A stretch of 64,000 bases of DNA from an uncultured Rivularia sp. (lineage in GTDB: Bacteria > Cyanobacteriota > Cyanobacteriia > Cyanobacteriales > Nostocaceae): NCBI GenBank assembly GCA_963665115.1, contig OY762007.1, positions 1,728,001 to 1,792,000 on the forward strand, given 5' to 3'. Under the pieces are notes generated by a model. That model worked only from the letters and a program-made list of their open reading frames with translations, was not told the origin of the DNA and did no database searches. The position numbers were made by a program, and so were the translations under genes. Positions 21,009-31,684 of the stretch are shown in pieces. Numbering within the stretch: the first letter of the stretch is position 1; each line of letters starts with the position of its first letter.

Positions 21009-22856
21009 TTATTTATTATCGATACAATCCATTGCTTCTACCGCTTTTCTATATCCATCTACAACTGCAATCCCATGTTTCTTAACAGAATCACTCTCGT
21101 TAGCATTACTAATTTCTGAATCAATTGGAATACTTGCACCGCCAAAATGTATTTGACCGACACGTTCAATTAATCTTTCACCTGTAAATGTTTTTGATGT
21201 AGTTGGGTCAATTTGTTTTGATGCTGTATCCAATAATCGATTAGTATTGGATGCAATTAAATTCTGTTGTTCTGTAGGTGAAAAATATTGCACCATTTCT
21301 TCACCTGTAACTTCTTCACCTTTATCTAATCGAGTAAGAAATTTTGTCCCACCAGATTTACTCTGAATAATTTTTCTCACATTAGGACGGTATGACATAA
21401 ATTGCATAGCACCAAGCGAGCGACCGCAATTACCCTTACCATCACAAAGATAATTCCCTACCGAATCGTAATTATCTTGAATATCAGAAAGAGCAGTACT
21501 CAAAGCATCGATATTAGTACCTGATAAATGTCGTTTGCTGCAACTACCTTTATTGGGTGGCAATAAACTAGATGACTTACTACTTGAAGTTATGGGAGAA
21601 TTATTGAAAGTGAATCCACTACTTTTTAATCCAGTCGGAGTAGAAGTAGAATTTTCTCCACCCCCATTTATCAAACCTAAAAATATAGCGTCTTTTTCTT
21701 GATAACTCATAAACGGAATCGGACCGATAAAATAAGGTGTACATCCCAAATCAACAAAATTATTCCGCATACAAACTCTAAAGAATAAAGCTTGGGACAT
21801 CATTCCATCGACTTCCGATACATCCCAAACCGCTACTTTAAAAGCATCACCAAACAAATGTCTTCCTGTAGGTTCTTTTCCACCATTTATTGAACCAAGA
21901 ATTCCTCTACCACCTTTGACCAACTGATACTTACCGCTAACCCAAGCTTTACCCTTAACAGATTTAGAACCAGATAGCTCTACATGAGCGCAGTCTTGTT
22001 TACAGGGTACCGCGAAACCTTCTTTCTTACTTCCAGAAATTGTTCGTTGTCGCAACTGCTCATCAGTTCCAAAAGCAACATCAACTATTCCGACTTCTCC
22101 ACCTATAGCGTTTATAGGATTGGGGAATTGGGAGAAAGGAACCGAATCTAATCCTCGAACAGAATCAATGTAAGCTCCTTGCCAATTGGAAAATACTTCA
22201 ATTGGGGTAACAGATAGTTCAGGAATGGAATCAATATTGTAAGAAGTTAAATCAACTTCAGAAAAACTAAGCTTACCCAGGTGAGGGGATTTTTTTAGTA
22301 AATTACCAATCCTTTGGCTTCCATCAATTGAGCTAGATAAATTTTGAGAAAGTAAATACTCTACAGGCTTTACCTCACCAATAGGAGTATTCTTTAACCC
22401 AGGAATTGCAGAGACTAAACTACCTAAAGTTTGTAATTTCATAACACCAAATTCTTCTAAATTAATATCTTTTGAATCAGTATTTGTAATTTGAGAAATA
22501 TCAGCCAGCGAAAACTTTTGTAATTCAAAAGAGTCCTGAAAGTCACCTAACATCATAAATTCTGAAACGTTTTGTCCTTTTCCCCAACTGCGATTGGGGT
22601 TATAACCTAACTTTTCTTGAACACCTAGAGGTGCTTGGAATGAACCATCTGTATTAATAGAAGGCATTGTAGAAAAAGTAATTTGATTCCAGTCTGGTAT
22701 ACGAGTATTCTGCCAATTAACTGTTTGGATTCGATTTTGATTATTGGATATATCTTGAGCTTGTGATGAAACAATGATTGCACCAGAAATTATTATTGAT
22801 AAACCGATACCAGAGAATAAACTAATTTTTTTATCTATACGTTTCATAACTTTCAT
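21009..22856 (-). CDS. Secreted T4SS-associated protein with a possible C-terminal lysozyme/transglycosylase-like domain
   Basis: Signal peptide, paired Cys residues, GRSLGAMQF motif. Confidence 0.55.
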   Translation of the reverse strand: MKVMKRIDKKISLFSGIGLSIIISGAIIVSSQAQDISNNQNRIQTVNWQNTRIPDWNQITFSTMPSINTDGSFQAPLGVQEKLGYNPNRSWGKGQNVSEFMMLGDFQDSFELQKFSLADISQITNTDSKDINLEEFGVMKLQTLGSLVSAIPGLKNTPIGEVKPVEYLLSQNLSSSIDGSQRIGNLLKKSPHLGKLSFSEVDLTSYNIDSIPELSVTPIEVFSNWQGAYIDSVRGLDSVPFSQFPNPINAIGGEVGIVDVAFGTDEQLRQRTISGSKKEGFAVPCKQDCAHVELSGSKSVKGKAWVSGKYQLVKGGRGILGSINGGKEPTGRHLFGDAFKVAVWDVSEVDGMMSQALFFRVCMRNNFVDLGCTPYFIGPIPFMSYQEKDAIFLGLINGGGENSTSTPTGLKSSGFTFNNSPITSSSKSSSLLPPNKGSCSKRHLSGTNIDALSTALSDIQDNYDSVGNYLCDGKGNCGRSLGAMQFMSYRPNVRKIIQSKSGGTKFLTRLDKGEEVTGEEMVQYFSPTEQQNLIASNTNRLLDTASKQIDPTTSKTFTGERLIERVGQIHFGGASIPIDSEISNANESDSVKKHGIAVVDGYRKAVEAMDCIDNK

Positions 22857-23583
22857 TTCCTAATTGCATTAATCTGTTAACCAACTGTAACGAAATCCCA
22901 TTTTTGCGAGCAGCTATATTTATTTGTTCTCCTGCTCGAACTAAAACTAAAAAGTTTTTAACTCTCGGAATTAAAGGAGATTTTAAAGAAATTAAACGCT
23001 GCTGTCGTGCAACAATAAATCCCCGGCTTATTAACTGTAAATTATTGATATCTGTAGTGTTTCCGAATCTATTAGTATTAAACTCTTCTTTATCATTTGT
23101 AATCTCAATTGTGTGAAATTTGGGTGTTGCATCTCCAGGAGCTACCCTAAACATATAAACCCGTCGCTTGCTACCACCTTTGGTTACTACTGTTAATAAA
23201 CTGCTATTAGATGAAGGTAATTGTTTAAAATCTAAAGGTTTAATTCTTCGCAAATGCAATACAGTTGCACCATTATCTTCTTCACATTCTTTCCCCAATC
23301 CAGATAAACAACCGTCAACATCTAAAGAAGCAATACCAGGGTTATCTAACCATACTTTCTCTATTGTTTCACCAGTAGAAATAAATGAAATATTGACTCC
23401 ATATCCAGGAGATAATTTAATCAACGGTATTGCGCTTTTACTATTTCCAGTTGCAACTGTACTGCTTATTCGCTTGACACTAAAATTTATTTCACCAGCG
23501 ATTACTTTCATTGAAATATTAGTAGAGATAATTAAGGTGAATATAGAAATTACCGCAGCTTTATTTATGATATTTTTCATCAC
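22831..23583 (-). CDS. T4SS periplasmic component (VirB9-like by position)
   Basis: Signal peptide, PGYGVNISF and KVWLD; follows virB10. Confidence 0.5.
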   Translation of the reverse strand: MMKNIINKAAVISIFTLIISTNISMKVIAGEINFSVKRISSTVATGNSKSAIPLIKLSPGYGVNISFISTGETIEKVWLDNPGIASLDVDGCLSGLGKECEEDNGATVLHLRRIKPLDFKQLPSSNSSLLTVVTKGGSKRRVYMFRVAPGDATPKFHTIEITNDKEEFNTNRFGNTTDINNLQLISRGFIVARQQRLISLKSPLIPRVKNFLVLVRAGEQINIAARKNGISLQLVNRLMQLGNESYETYR

Positions 23584-25529
23584 TCACTAAATTGAAAAGA
23601 TTGATTTACAAATATCTGCACCTGCGTATTGACAGGAACATACCAAACCTTTTGCTGCTGTTTAATTTCCGAAATTTTTCGTTTATTGCGCTCTACTATT
23701 TGTTCGGTAAGTGGTTCAAATCCACCTTCTAAAACAGCACCTAAAATATTAGAATTACTTCGTCTAATAGAAGAAAAACTACTGTTACCACCAAAGCCAC
23801 TTGAAGTAGAAAATTGTTCGGATTTGGGTTGATTAAGTACTTTACCAACTTTTGCAAGAGAACCAACGACAAATGTTTCTGCATCCCGTGTGGCAATACC
23901 TTTACCTTTTGAACCTCGTTTTGATGCTATTAAAGGATTGCCCTTATTTCCACGAATACTGATTGCTTGTTTGGGAAGAATGTATTGCTTACCATTAATA
24001 ATAATTTGTTGCGCTTGAAGTTGTACTAACCCTGACTCTTGAATGTTTTTAATAGTCGTAACAATTTGAGTATTTTTGGGAATAGTAATAAAACCATTTT
24101 TATCTTTAAGTGGTTCGGTAGTTTGAATAATAAAGTTTTCTGGTTTATTAAAATTTTGTTGTTTATGGGTAGTATCTTCAGTTAAGCTTTTATCCCACAT
24201 CAAGGGTGTAGTTATTCTTCCAGCTACAGTAGAACCGATTCTGAAGGCAGGAGGCAGGGGGCAGGAGGCAGAAGGGTAGGAAGAAGATTTATTAATACAA
24301 GAAAATTCTGAACTATCTACTTGTCCAATTGATATATTTCTCCTTTCATTTAATATTCGAGCTTCTTCTGTATAAAGTGGTTCAGGATATACATTGCAAG
24401 ATATGGATGAGTAGCATATCCCTTTTCCTTTATTCCTCCTCCTGCCTTCTGCCATCTGCCTCCTGCCTTCTCCAACCATTAGAGGTGTAGCTGATGGTAT
24501 CGTCGTAGGTAAAACTGGCTTTTCATCTACTGTAGGCTTAACTTCCTTTTGACTTATCTGTTCGTTCTTATCTTCAGTAACAGATGTAATTTGTGCAGTA
24601 CCATAGCTTCCTAATTGATTAACAGCTAACCATTGCTGTGTCGGGTCAATTTCGGATGCTTTTTCAAGTATAGCTGGTGGAGGTGGTGGTGGTATTCTTC
24701 TTACGGGAGAAGTTATTAGTGGTGGGTTTGGTTTGATTGTAGCTTTGGGAGGAGCAGTAGGTAACGCTTTATTATTACTGTTGTACGAGCGAGCAGGATA
24801 ATTATTTTGCACTGTTCGACGAGGAATCGTTCTATAAACTGGTGTTCGACTTACAACTGGTGGTCTTTCAACTGAAGCTGTGCTTTTCCTATTCGTATTA
24901 ATGTTCGCTTCGTTCAATTTTTGTGGAGTTTGAGAATTCGTTTTCGGAATAGGTGTTTTAGTATTTTCTGATTCTGAGGAGACAGATTTAATTTTCTCTC
25001 TTTGAGTTGATAATGCTAATTCGGCTTTTAATTTCCCGTTTTCGTTTTCTATTGGTTTAGTATTTTCTTCAAAAAGTACTCTCGGTTTTTCAGCTTTTTT
25101 ATCTGAAATCAGGGGTGTAGTTCTTGGTTTACCAGAAATAATAGTATTAAGGAAAGTGGCTCCTGTACCAAAAACAATTAGTAATATAAAGCCTACTGCA
25201 CCAAACTTAGCAAAGGGATTAGTTGCAAAAGTTGGTTGAGTTTTACCATTATGTGGGTCATCAAATAATTCATGAGTATCAACTACATTATTATTTGAAT
25301 CATTAGCATCTGTATCGTTTACTTCTTGTTCGTTATTGCTTGTTGGCTCCTCTTCATCAATCGTTTCTATCTCAGTTTTAGAGACAGTATTATCTTTATT
25401 CTCAGAATCATCATAACCAAGCAATTTAGCTAAACTTTCTTCATCCCAATTAGTTGAAGATTCTTGACTTTCTTGTTGATTGTTTTCTTTGACAACATTT
25501 TCACTCGAATTTAGATTATCATTCATCAT
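23580..25529 (-). CDS. TrbI/VirB10 family protein
   Basis: Acidic N-terminus, TM segment, Pro-rich linker, C-terminal VP.NT.V.IFVN; STRR-derived inserts. Confidence 0.8.
   Translation of the reverse strand: MMNDNLNSSENVVKENNQQESQESSTNWDEESLAKLLGYDDSENKDNTVSKTEIETIDEEEPTSNNEQEVNDTDANDSNNNVVDTHELFDDPHNGKTQPTFATNPFAKFGAVGFILLIVFGTGATFLNTIISGKPRTTPLISDKKAEKPRVLFEENTKPIENENGKLKAELALSTQREKIKSVSSESENTKTPIPKTNSQTPQKLNEANINTNRKSTASVERPPVVSRTPVYRTIPRRTVQNNYPARSYNSNNKALPTAPPKATIKPNPPLITSPVRRIPPPPPPAILEKASEIDPTQQWLAVNQLGSYGTAQITSVTEDKNEQISQKEVKPTVDEKPVLPTTIPSATPLMVGEGRRQMAEGRRRNKGKGICYSSISCNVYPEPLYTEEARILNERRNISIGQVDSSEFSCINKSSSYPSASCPLPPAFRIGSTVAGRITTPLMWDKSLTEDTTHKQQNFNKPENFIIQTTEPLKDKNGFITIPKNTQIVTTIKNIQESGLVQLQAQQIIINGKQYILPKQAISIRGNKGNPLIASKRGSKGKGIATRDAETFVVGSLAKVGKVLNQPKSEQFSTSSGFGGNSSFSSIRRSNSNILGAVLEGGFEPLTEQIVERNKRKISEIKQQQKVWYVPVNTQVQIFVNQSFQFSE
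24243..24471. repeat. Inverted pair of STRR heptamer arrays, in frame inside virB10
   Basis: Encode EGRRQMAEGRR and PSASCPLPPAF. Confidence 0.8.
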
Positions 25530-26353
25530 AGATTCTCCTGTGGTAAATCTCGTATTGCATAAATTTCTAAACCGCTAGAACGTACTTGATAAACTACTGC
25601 TGCAAGTCCATCATTTTTCGATGGAGATGAAGGAGCTTCTACCGCTTGGACAAATATTTATTTATTGAAAGGAATTACTTCTCCTAACTTATTACTTTGT
25701 TCAAACATGGTAAGGTTAGCAATCATTCTTACTTTCCATTTACCTTCAGCTATTTTTACTGGTTGTTGAAAATATTGTGGAACAAAAACTACTTGGGTTT
25801 TTCCTTTAAACACTCTTGAAGGTGTTATATCGGCTAATAATTCTAAAAACTCTTTCCGGAAATCTGACGATAAAGCGTAGGATGCTTGCCATGCTCCATG
25901 AGTTACTTTACCTCTACTATTACTGATTGAACTAATATCTACACCACTGTCGAGTTTTGGTTCCACTGCATCTTCGACTGTCGTAGCGGGTAAATTCCCC
26001 GACCAATTCATCATTAAGCTCATTGTGTCGGAAACAAAGCGTAATACTACTTGGGGAGTGCGTTCTAAGCTTCCTAATTGAGCAACTTTAATTGATTTCC
26101 CACTTTCTAATTGAACTAAACTTGGAGGTGCCTTTTTACTTAATTGAGAATAGGAACCGTACAACAAAAATAGGATTACAAAAGCTAGAAGATGTAATAA
26201 GAAAGTACCGACAGTGAATAATGCTAAAGTATCACTTCTAGAAAAACGAGTTGTAGTGCGATTTAAAAATTTTAAACGTCTGTCTTCTGTTTGAGAATTT
26301 AAGTTTTTATTAATTGCCATAAACTGACCTATTACTGCTCTATTTTTTGACAA
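25526..26353 (-). CDS. T4SS bitopic membrane protein (VirB8-like by position), frameshift near 25660
   Basis: Shifted frame continues IFVQAVEAP...GLEIYAIRDLPQENL to a TGA overlapping the virB10 ATG. Confidence 0.6.
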
Positions 26354-27400
26354 ACCCAGTCACAATAGAAGATAATCCCAAACTCGCAATACTTGAAAAA
26401 CTCCTTAAAACTGCCATACCTCCACCTACAGCTAATACAACAGATAAAATCGGAGCAAGAATACCAATTGCAAATGCAAAAATCATCGGGTCATTATTAT
26501 CGGCATTCATAACTAACGTCGCAACTAAACCAGAAATGATATTGAAACTAAGTTTTACCATTCCTACCGAGAAGAAGCCCGTTAACCAAGCGAAAATAGC
26601 TTTATTTCCTACAGGTAATAATGAGCCTCCGACAGCAAGAGGTCCTAGTAATGCACTCAGTAACATAGAAACTTCTATAATCCATTGGAAGGCAATACTA
26701 AAAGCTAATAACAATCCTCTTACTGTTAATTGAAAAATATTAGTGTTGAAAAAATCATTGATACCTTCAAGAAAATTGGAATCGTTATTATCAATTTGAG
26801 ATTCGATTTGTTGCGCTTGTTTCTGGGCATTTTCCAAGCATTCCGTTTGTTGAGTCGGGTCAGCGATGGCGTTACATTGAGTAATTAATGTTCTTATTGC
26901 TTCTGATTTACCATTTTTGAGCATGACTCTTTGATAGGCTTCTTGCAACTGAATGGAAGCAGATGTAGTCGAGAGTAATGTTTGATTTGTTTGATTGATG
27001 ATAGCTCTAAGTCCAAGAGTCGCTTCGGATAAAAGTTTGGCGTTATTAGTCAGCAAAACTATTACAACTAACGGCCAGATGATTTCTGAGAAAGCTTTGC
27101 TGTTGTCACCATCTACCATCTCTCTCGTCCACTGCACCATGAAAATCAACAAAGTTCCGACAGCAAAGAAAATTCCAAGATTGGCGATCGCACTATACAA
27201 TCCCCCACCAAGTACGTCATCCCACAGCTTGTCCACTGACTGAGCAACAGCTTCACTCGCGGCAATTCCATCTTCTGTAATGGTAGAAGCTGCTTGCCCA
27301 GGATTTGGATTGTTAGCGAAGGCAGGAGGCAGGAGGCAGAGGGCAGGAGGTAGAAATAGGAAGGAAGAAGGTAGTAAAATCAATGAATCCTTCAAACTTC
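26340..27400 (-). CDS. VirB6-like polytopic T4SS membrane protein (start uncertain)
   Basis: Multiple TM segments; the ORF 5' extension runs into STRR and the antisense gene. Confidence 0.7.
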
Positions 27401-27835
27401 TGCCTTCAAACTCATGAGTTATAGAGAACAATTTATTTGGAAACGCGGTATTCAGTTGGCAATTAACTGTTATCGGTTGACTGAACATTTTCCCAAATCT
27501 GAACTTTATGGTTTAACAAGTCAAATTAGACGTTCCGCTGTTTCGGTTCCTTCAAATATTGCAGAAGGATATGGTAGGAGAACAACGAAAGAATATATTC
27601 AATTTCTTCATATAGCGTTAGGCTCTCTTAGAGAACTAGATACCCAGTTAATTATTGCTAAAGAAGTTAATTTGGCTGAGACTGAATTTTTTACTTCTTT
27701 GTTGAAAGAAGTTGACCAACTTCAAGGAATCATGGTGTCTACAATCCAAAAGATAAAAACTTGATTTATTAGTTTCTTCTTCTTCCTCCTTCCTTCTCTT
27801 ACCTCCTGCCTTCTGCCTACTGCCTCCTGCCTTCT
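27318..27835. repeat. Cassette bounded by ~50-bp imperfect inverted STRR arrays enclosing the four-helix-bundle gene
   Basis: 27318-27371 is close to the reverse complement of 27773-27835. Confidence 0.75.
27414..27764 (+). CDS. Four helix bundle protein (23S rRNA IVS protein / bAvd family)
   Basis: FPKSELYGLTSQIRRSAVSVPSNIAEGYGR...IALGSLREL. Confidence 0.95.
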   Translation: MSYREQFIWKRGIQLAINCYRLTEHFPKSELYGLTSQIRRSAVSVPSNIAEGYGRRTTKEYIQFLHIALGSLRELDTQLIIAKEVNLAETEFFTSLLKEVDQLQGIMVSTIQKIKT

Positions 27836-28544
27836 AAAACAAACGTGCTTGTGACGCTGTACGTAGATTGCTAAAACCCTGTCCTACAATTTCTTTCTGA
27901 CGTGCTTGGTTTTGACCATCTAACGACCTTGAAATATTGGTCAAATTTAGATTTGCTAAATCTTGTGATTGCTTAGATTTCAAGCCGTCCGCACGCATTG
28001 CTCCTAAAATCGCTGCGGTTGATGTATTCTGTTGGGCAATTCGCTTCATCACATTTTGCGTGACTACCTCGTCTTGAGCAGCGGCTGAGTAAATTTGAAC
28101 TCTTTCAATAGAATTTTGGGTTTTCTCAACTTCTTTATTAGTAAGCTTTTGACCATTTTTACTCAATGTACTATCCACAACAGCACGAGTAATTTGACGG
28201 TCTACTTCATTTGTGGCTTGCTCTACGGTATTAATGGCAGTATCTGAAGTTGCTGCGATATTTTCAACTTCCGTGCGAGCTTCAATAGCGTCCGGTAAAC
28301 CTAATACACCAAGCGTTTCATTAATAGCCGCTTCTATATCTTTCCCCAAAGATAAAGTAATCGGTTCTAGTTTACTTTCGAGTACGGATTCAACATAGTT
28401 GTCTATTGATTGCAACTCCTGTTTTAATTGGTTAATAGTATTGAAAATAAATGGTATTGATGAAGCTTGAGCGTGGCTTATTCCTAAAATAGAAATAACT
28501 ATAGCTCCCCCTAATCCAAAAAATACCAATTTTCTTTTCTTCAT
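27834..28544 (-). CDS. Secreted helical T4SS component (VirB5-like by position)
   Basis: Signal peptide AQA, Q/N-rich helices, TQNVMK. Confidence 0.55.
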   Translation of the reverse strand: MKKRKLVFFGLGGAIVISILGISHAQASSIPFIFNTINQLKQELQSIDNYVESVLESKLEPITLSLGKDIEAAINETLGVLGLPDAIEARTEVENIAATSDTAINTVEQATNEVDRQITRAVVDSTLSKNGQKLTNKEVEKTQNSIERVQIYSAAAQDEVVTQNVMKRIAQQNTSTAAILGAMRADGLKSKQSQDLANLNLTNISRSLDGQNQARQKEIVGQGFSNLRTASQARLF

Positions 28545-28566
28545 AATAATTATTCCTATTATTGAT

Positions 28567-31293
28567 TTACAGTGCAGTTACCAATTGCTTAGAAAACTCA
28601 GTCACAGCTACAAATTTATCTGAATATTTCTTCATAGCAGCAGTTCTATACTCTTGCTCTATGGGATTATTGGCTACTATTGCTAATAAATTAAATGGTG
28701 GATAATAACGAGTACCTGTAAAAATCCCGTTATCATCTAATAACCATTGAGAATAAAATCCTTCCTTTTTTGGAAAAAAGCTTTCTGTTGCATTACAAGC
28801 AATTATCGATTGCGGATATTTCAATATCGAAATGAAACTATCTACAGCGTTGGGTTGAATACGTCCTATAAGTCGTGTAGTTAAATTCTGAAATATCTTT
28901 GCTCCTGATGGAGACTGAGCAATACTTTCTGGGTCTTGGGCTGATAATATTACTCTTATTCCTGCTTTTGCTCCATTTGCACAAAGTCTTCCAACTAAAG
29001 CTGCAATTGAGTCATATTCAAATAAGATGGGACTTTCATCAATAAAGAACACGCTTGCTTTCTCTGACAATGCTCGCCGCAATGCAGCACTGTAAGCACT
29101 CAAACTTAAGATTGCAGCATCGTCATCGTTGGAAAGGTTACGCAATGCGAAAATCAGCAGTCGCGCATCGCTACGAAAGGTGGAAGGTTGAGCTAGGGAT
29201 TGTCCAACTTTTGAGGAAAGCCAGAATCGCAAACGCAATAAAATTGTTTCTAATGCGGCTTTAGTATCACCACTCATCGAATCTAATCGCAGTCTTTCGT
29301 GGGAGCAATAACTTAAAAAGTCATGCAGGGTAGGCATTGTAGACCATTCAGGGGAACCAAAGCCGTTCACGTATGCAGCAGCATATCTATCGCGTATCAA
29401 ATCATCTTCAAAGAAAGCTTTGAGTCCTAATGCCAAGATAGAACGCACGGTATCGGTTAATGTTTGCGACTCTGCACTACTAGAACCCCGACGGCTACCT
29501 ACAATCATTGTTAGTAAAGCAGTTGCAAGGAAATCTTTGTAATCGGAAAACCTTTCTTGCTGCAATTTGGGTGGAAGGGAACGTAAGTTGGGTAGTTCAA
29601 ATAAATTACTTGATTCCTTACCGATATCGAAGTAAGCTCCATCGTCACCCATAAATTTAGTGTAATCTGTGAAAGTGCTTGTCCCATCAGGTTTTGGGTA
29701 GTCCATCGCTACCACGGGCATTCCATGAGCTAAAGCTTGGGTTATAATACCTGATGCCAATACGCTTTTTCCGGCGCGGGTGGTAGCAAATAATCCTAAA
29801 TTCTTATGTTGAGTGTACAAGTTTAGAAATACTGGCGTTCCCCCCGCAGAAGCAATCAATTCAAAACCGTCATCATCACCTTTTCTTGTCCTGACTAAAG
29901 GCAAAAGTCCCGGCACTTCTCCACTCAGGTAAACCAGTCTTCGATTAAAGGGAACTGTCATTAAACGTTCCCAGGTGATAGGTAGAGTTTGCAACCAAAT
30001 TCGCCAGGGATATTCGGTTTCTCTTACTACCCATGCGGGACGAAGAAAACTTGATTGTAAGTAACGACAAGCCTCATCTAATTGTTCGCGGGTATCTCGA
30101 TAAACCAAAAATACTACCGCAGTATGAATGGGGACGGCTCCTTCGTAAAGTTCTGACTGCGCGTCGATTGATTTTTTGATATTAAGTAGAGATTTTACGT
30201 CAACCGAATTCTTTTGTTGAGCAATCGCAGCACTTGTATTTGACTGTTTCGTAAGACGCTGCATATTGGTTTTCACCAATGTTTCATTCGCACGCATCAA
30301 TTGACAGTAAATTTCGGTGTCGTAAATTCTTTCCTTCGATAACACGGACCATAGATACTGCATTTGTCGTTCTTTATCAGTCCAACCACCGGGTTTTTCT
30401 ACAAAGGTAAGCGCCCCTATATATTTTCCTTTTAGATGCACCCAGCGTTTGTCTGCCACAGGAATAGAAGAATCGGATTCCATTAACAGAGATTTGGGGG
30501 CAATATCTGAGTAAATTTCTTCATGTAATCCGTCAGAGTTGAGAACTAAAAGTTGGGGGATTGGGCGCGGTGGTGTGTCATTAAAACGTTGCCATAAAAT
30601 TGTCCAAAGTTCTTCTGCACTCAGTGGACGAATATTCAAACCCATTTTATTGGAAAGCAACTGCTCCCAAAGTTGGTAGCCATCGGTAAAAGATGAATAT
30701 AGTAAGCGCTCAATCCGAACAAATTGTAATTCGTTAATTTCCCCAGTGAATGACTTCCATAAACGCTCTAACTTTGAAAGCCCTTTTTCTATCGCATCGC
30801 TTGCACCGTTAGTATCTTGTTCGATTGTGTAGGTGCAATACAAACGTAGAATTTTGGGTTTACGGATGCCCTTTTGTGTTAATTGTTTGATGCGAGCGCG
30901 TTCGCCCATCAAAAGGTATTGTAATTCTAGGTTTGGGGCGTTATTGCTTAAGTTTTTTAGTTGTTGCTGTCGATTCGTATCGTTGGTAAATGAACTTAAA
31001 TGAATTGTCAGACGTTCCCCGGATGGTAAATCTTTCAACCCCGATTCAATTGCATCAAATACTGGAGATATTTGTTCGCTACGTAATGTTGAATGAATCC
31101 CCCCGCACTCGAAGCCGAAGTGAATCATAAAATTGTTGGCACCTTTTCTCAAAACGTAGGCTCCAACAGAGCGTCCTTGCAGGTTTATCTGCAACATTGA
31201 TACTAAGGATAAAGCATCTTCTAACGGTGTTAAACGAATTTTATCTGTACCGTTATCAACTATCCGTTTACCTACTTTTGATTGAACGCTCAT
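28567..31293 (-). CDS. virB4: VirB4-like conjugation ATPase
   Basis: 908 aa, Walker A ATTRAGKS, Walker B FFIDES, SAQ motif; follows pilin and VirB3-like genes. Confidence 0.85.
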   Translation of the reverse strand: MSVQSKVGKRIVDNGTDKIRLTPLEDALSLVSMLQINLQGRSVGAYVLRKGANNFMIHFGFECGGIHSTLRSEQISPVFDAIESGLKDLPSGERLTIHLSSFTNDTNRQQQLKNLSNNAPNLELQYLLMGERARIKQLTQKGIRKPKILRLYCTYTIEQDTNGASDAIEKGLSKLERLWKSFTGEINELQFVRIERLLYSSFTDGYQLWEQLLSNKMGLNIRPLSAEELWTILWQRFNDTPPRPIPQLLVLNSDGLHEEIYSDIAPKSLLMESDSSIPVADKRWVHLKGKYIGALTFVEKPGGWTDKERQMQYLWSVLSKERIYDTEIYCQLMRANETLVKTNMQRLTKQSNTSAAIAQQKNSVDVKSLLNIKKSIDAQSELYEGAVPIHTAVVFLVYRDTREQLDEACRYLQSSFLRPAWVVRETEYPWRIWLQTLPITWERLMTVPFNRRLVYLSGEVPGLLPLVRTRKGDDDGFELIASAGGTPVFLNLYTQHKNLGLFATTRAGKSVLASGIITQALAHGMPVVAMDYPKPDGTSTFTDYTKFMGDDGAYFDIGKESSNLFELPNLRSLPPKLQQERFSDYKDFLATALLTMIVGSRRGSSSAESQTLTDTVRSILALGLKAFFEDDLIRDRYAAAYVNGFGSPEWSTMPTLHDFLSYCSHERLRLDSMSGDTKAALETILLRLRFWLSSKVGQSLAQPSTFRSDARLLIFALRNLSNDDDAAILSLSAYSAALRRALSEKASVFFIDESPILFEYDSIAALVGRLCANGAKAGIRVILSAQDPESIAQSPSGAKIFQNLTTRLIGRIQPNAVDSFISILKYPQSIIACNATESFFPKKEGFYSQWLLDDNGIFTGTRYYPPFNLLAIVANNPIEQEYRTAAMKKYSDKFVAVTEFSKQLVTAL

Positions 31294-31628
31294 TTTCTAT
31301 ATATTTTCTTTGAGTGTGCTTCTCTTGTTCTTGTATTCATCAGCTGCTGATAAGGTATACCGACTCTAGTCCAGTTAGGAGTAGCTACAAATTTAGATAA
31401 AATTCTCCAAGCACCATTGGCAGTTAACACCCACCAAGTGGAAATTCCCCAAGTTGCGATCGCAATTGTCCAAACCCAATTCAACCGCAATAAACCATGA
31501 GCGATATAATAAGAACCTCCACAAATTATTACCCAGGGTACTAATTGGTCAGCCGGAAAGGGTCCGATTGATGGTTGTTTACCTAAAGTACCGTTAACTT
31601 TTCGATATTTTGATTTTTCTAAGTCCAT
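31290..31628 (-). CDS. VirB3-like small membrane protein
   Basis: Two TM segments, ATGA-coupled to virB4. Confidence 0.6.
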   Translation of the reverse strand: MDLEKSKYRKVNGTLGKQPSIGPFPADQLVPWVIICGGSYYIAHGLLRLNWVWTIAIATWGISTWWVLTANGAWRILSKFVATPNWTRVGIPYQQLMNTRTREAHSKKIYRK

Positions 31629-31684
31629 ATTCAGTCATTACTATCTACAAGTCTTCATATTATTCCCCGCTTGCTCCCTGCCTC

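Noticed and set aside
27414..27764. Diversity-generating retroelement (Avd-like gene)
   Set aside because: No reverse transcriptase and no TR/VR pair seen in the window
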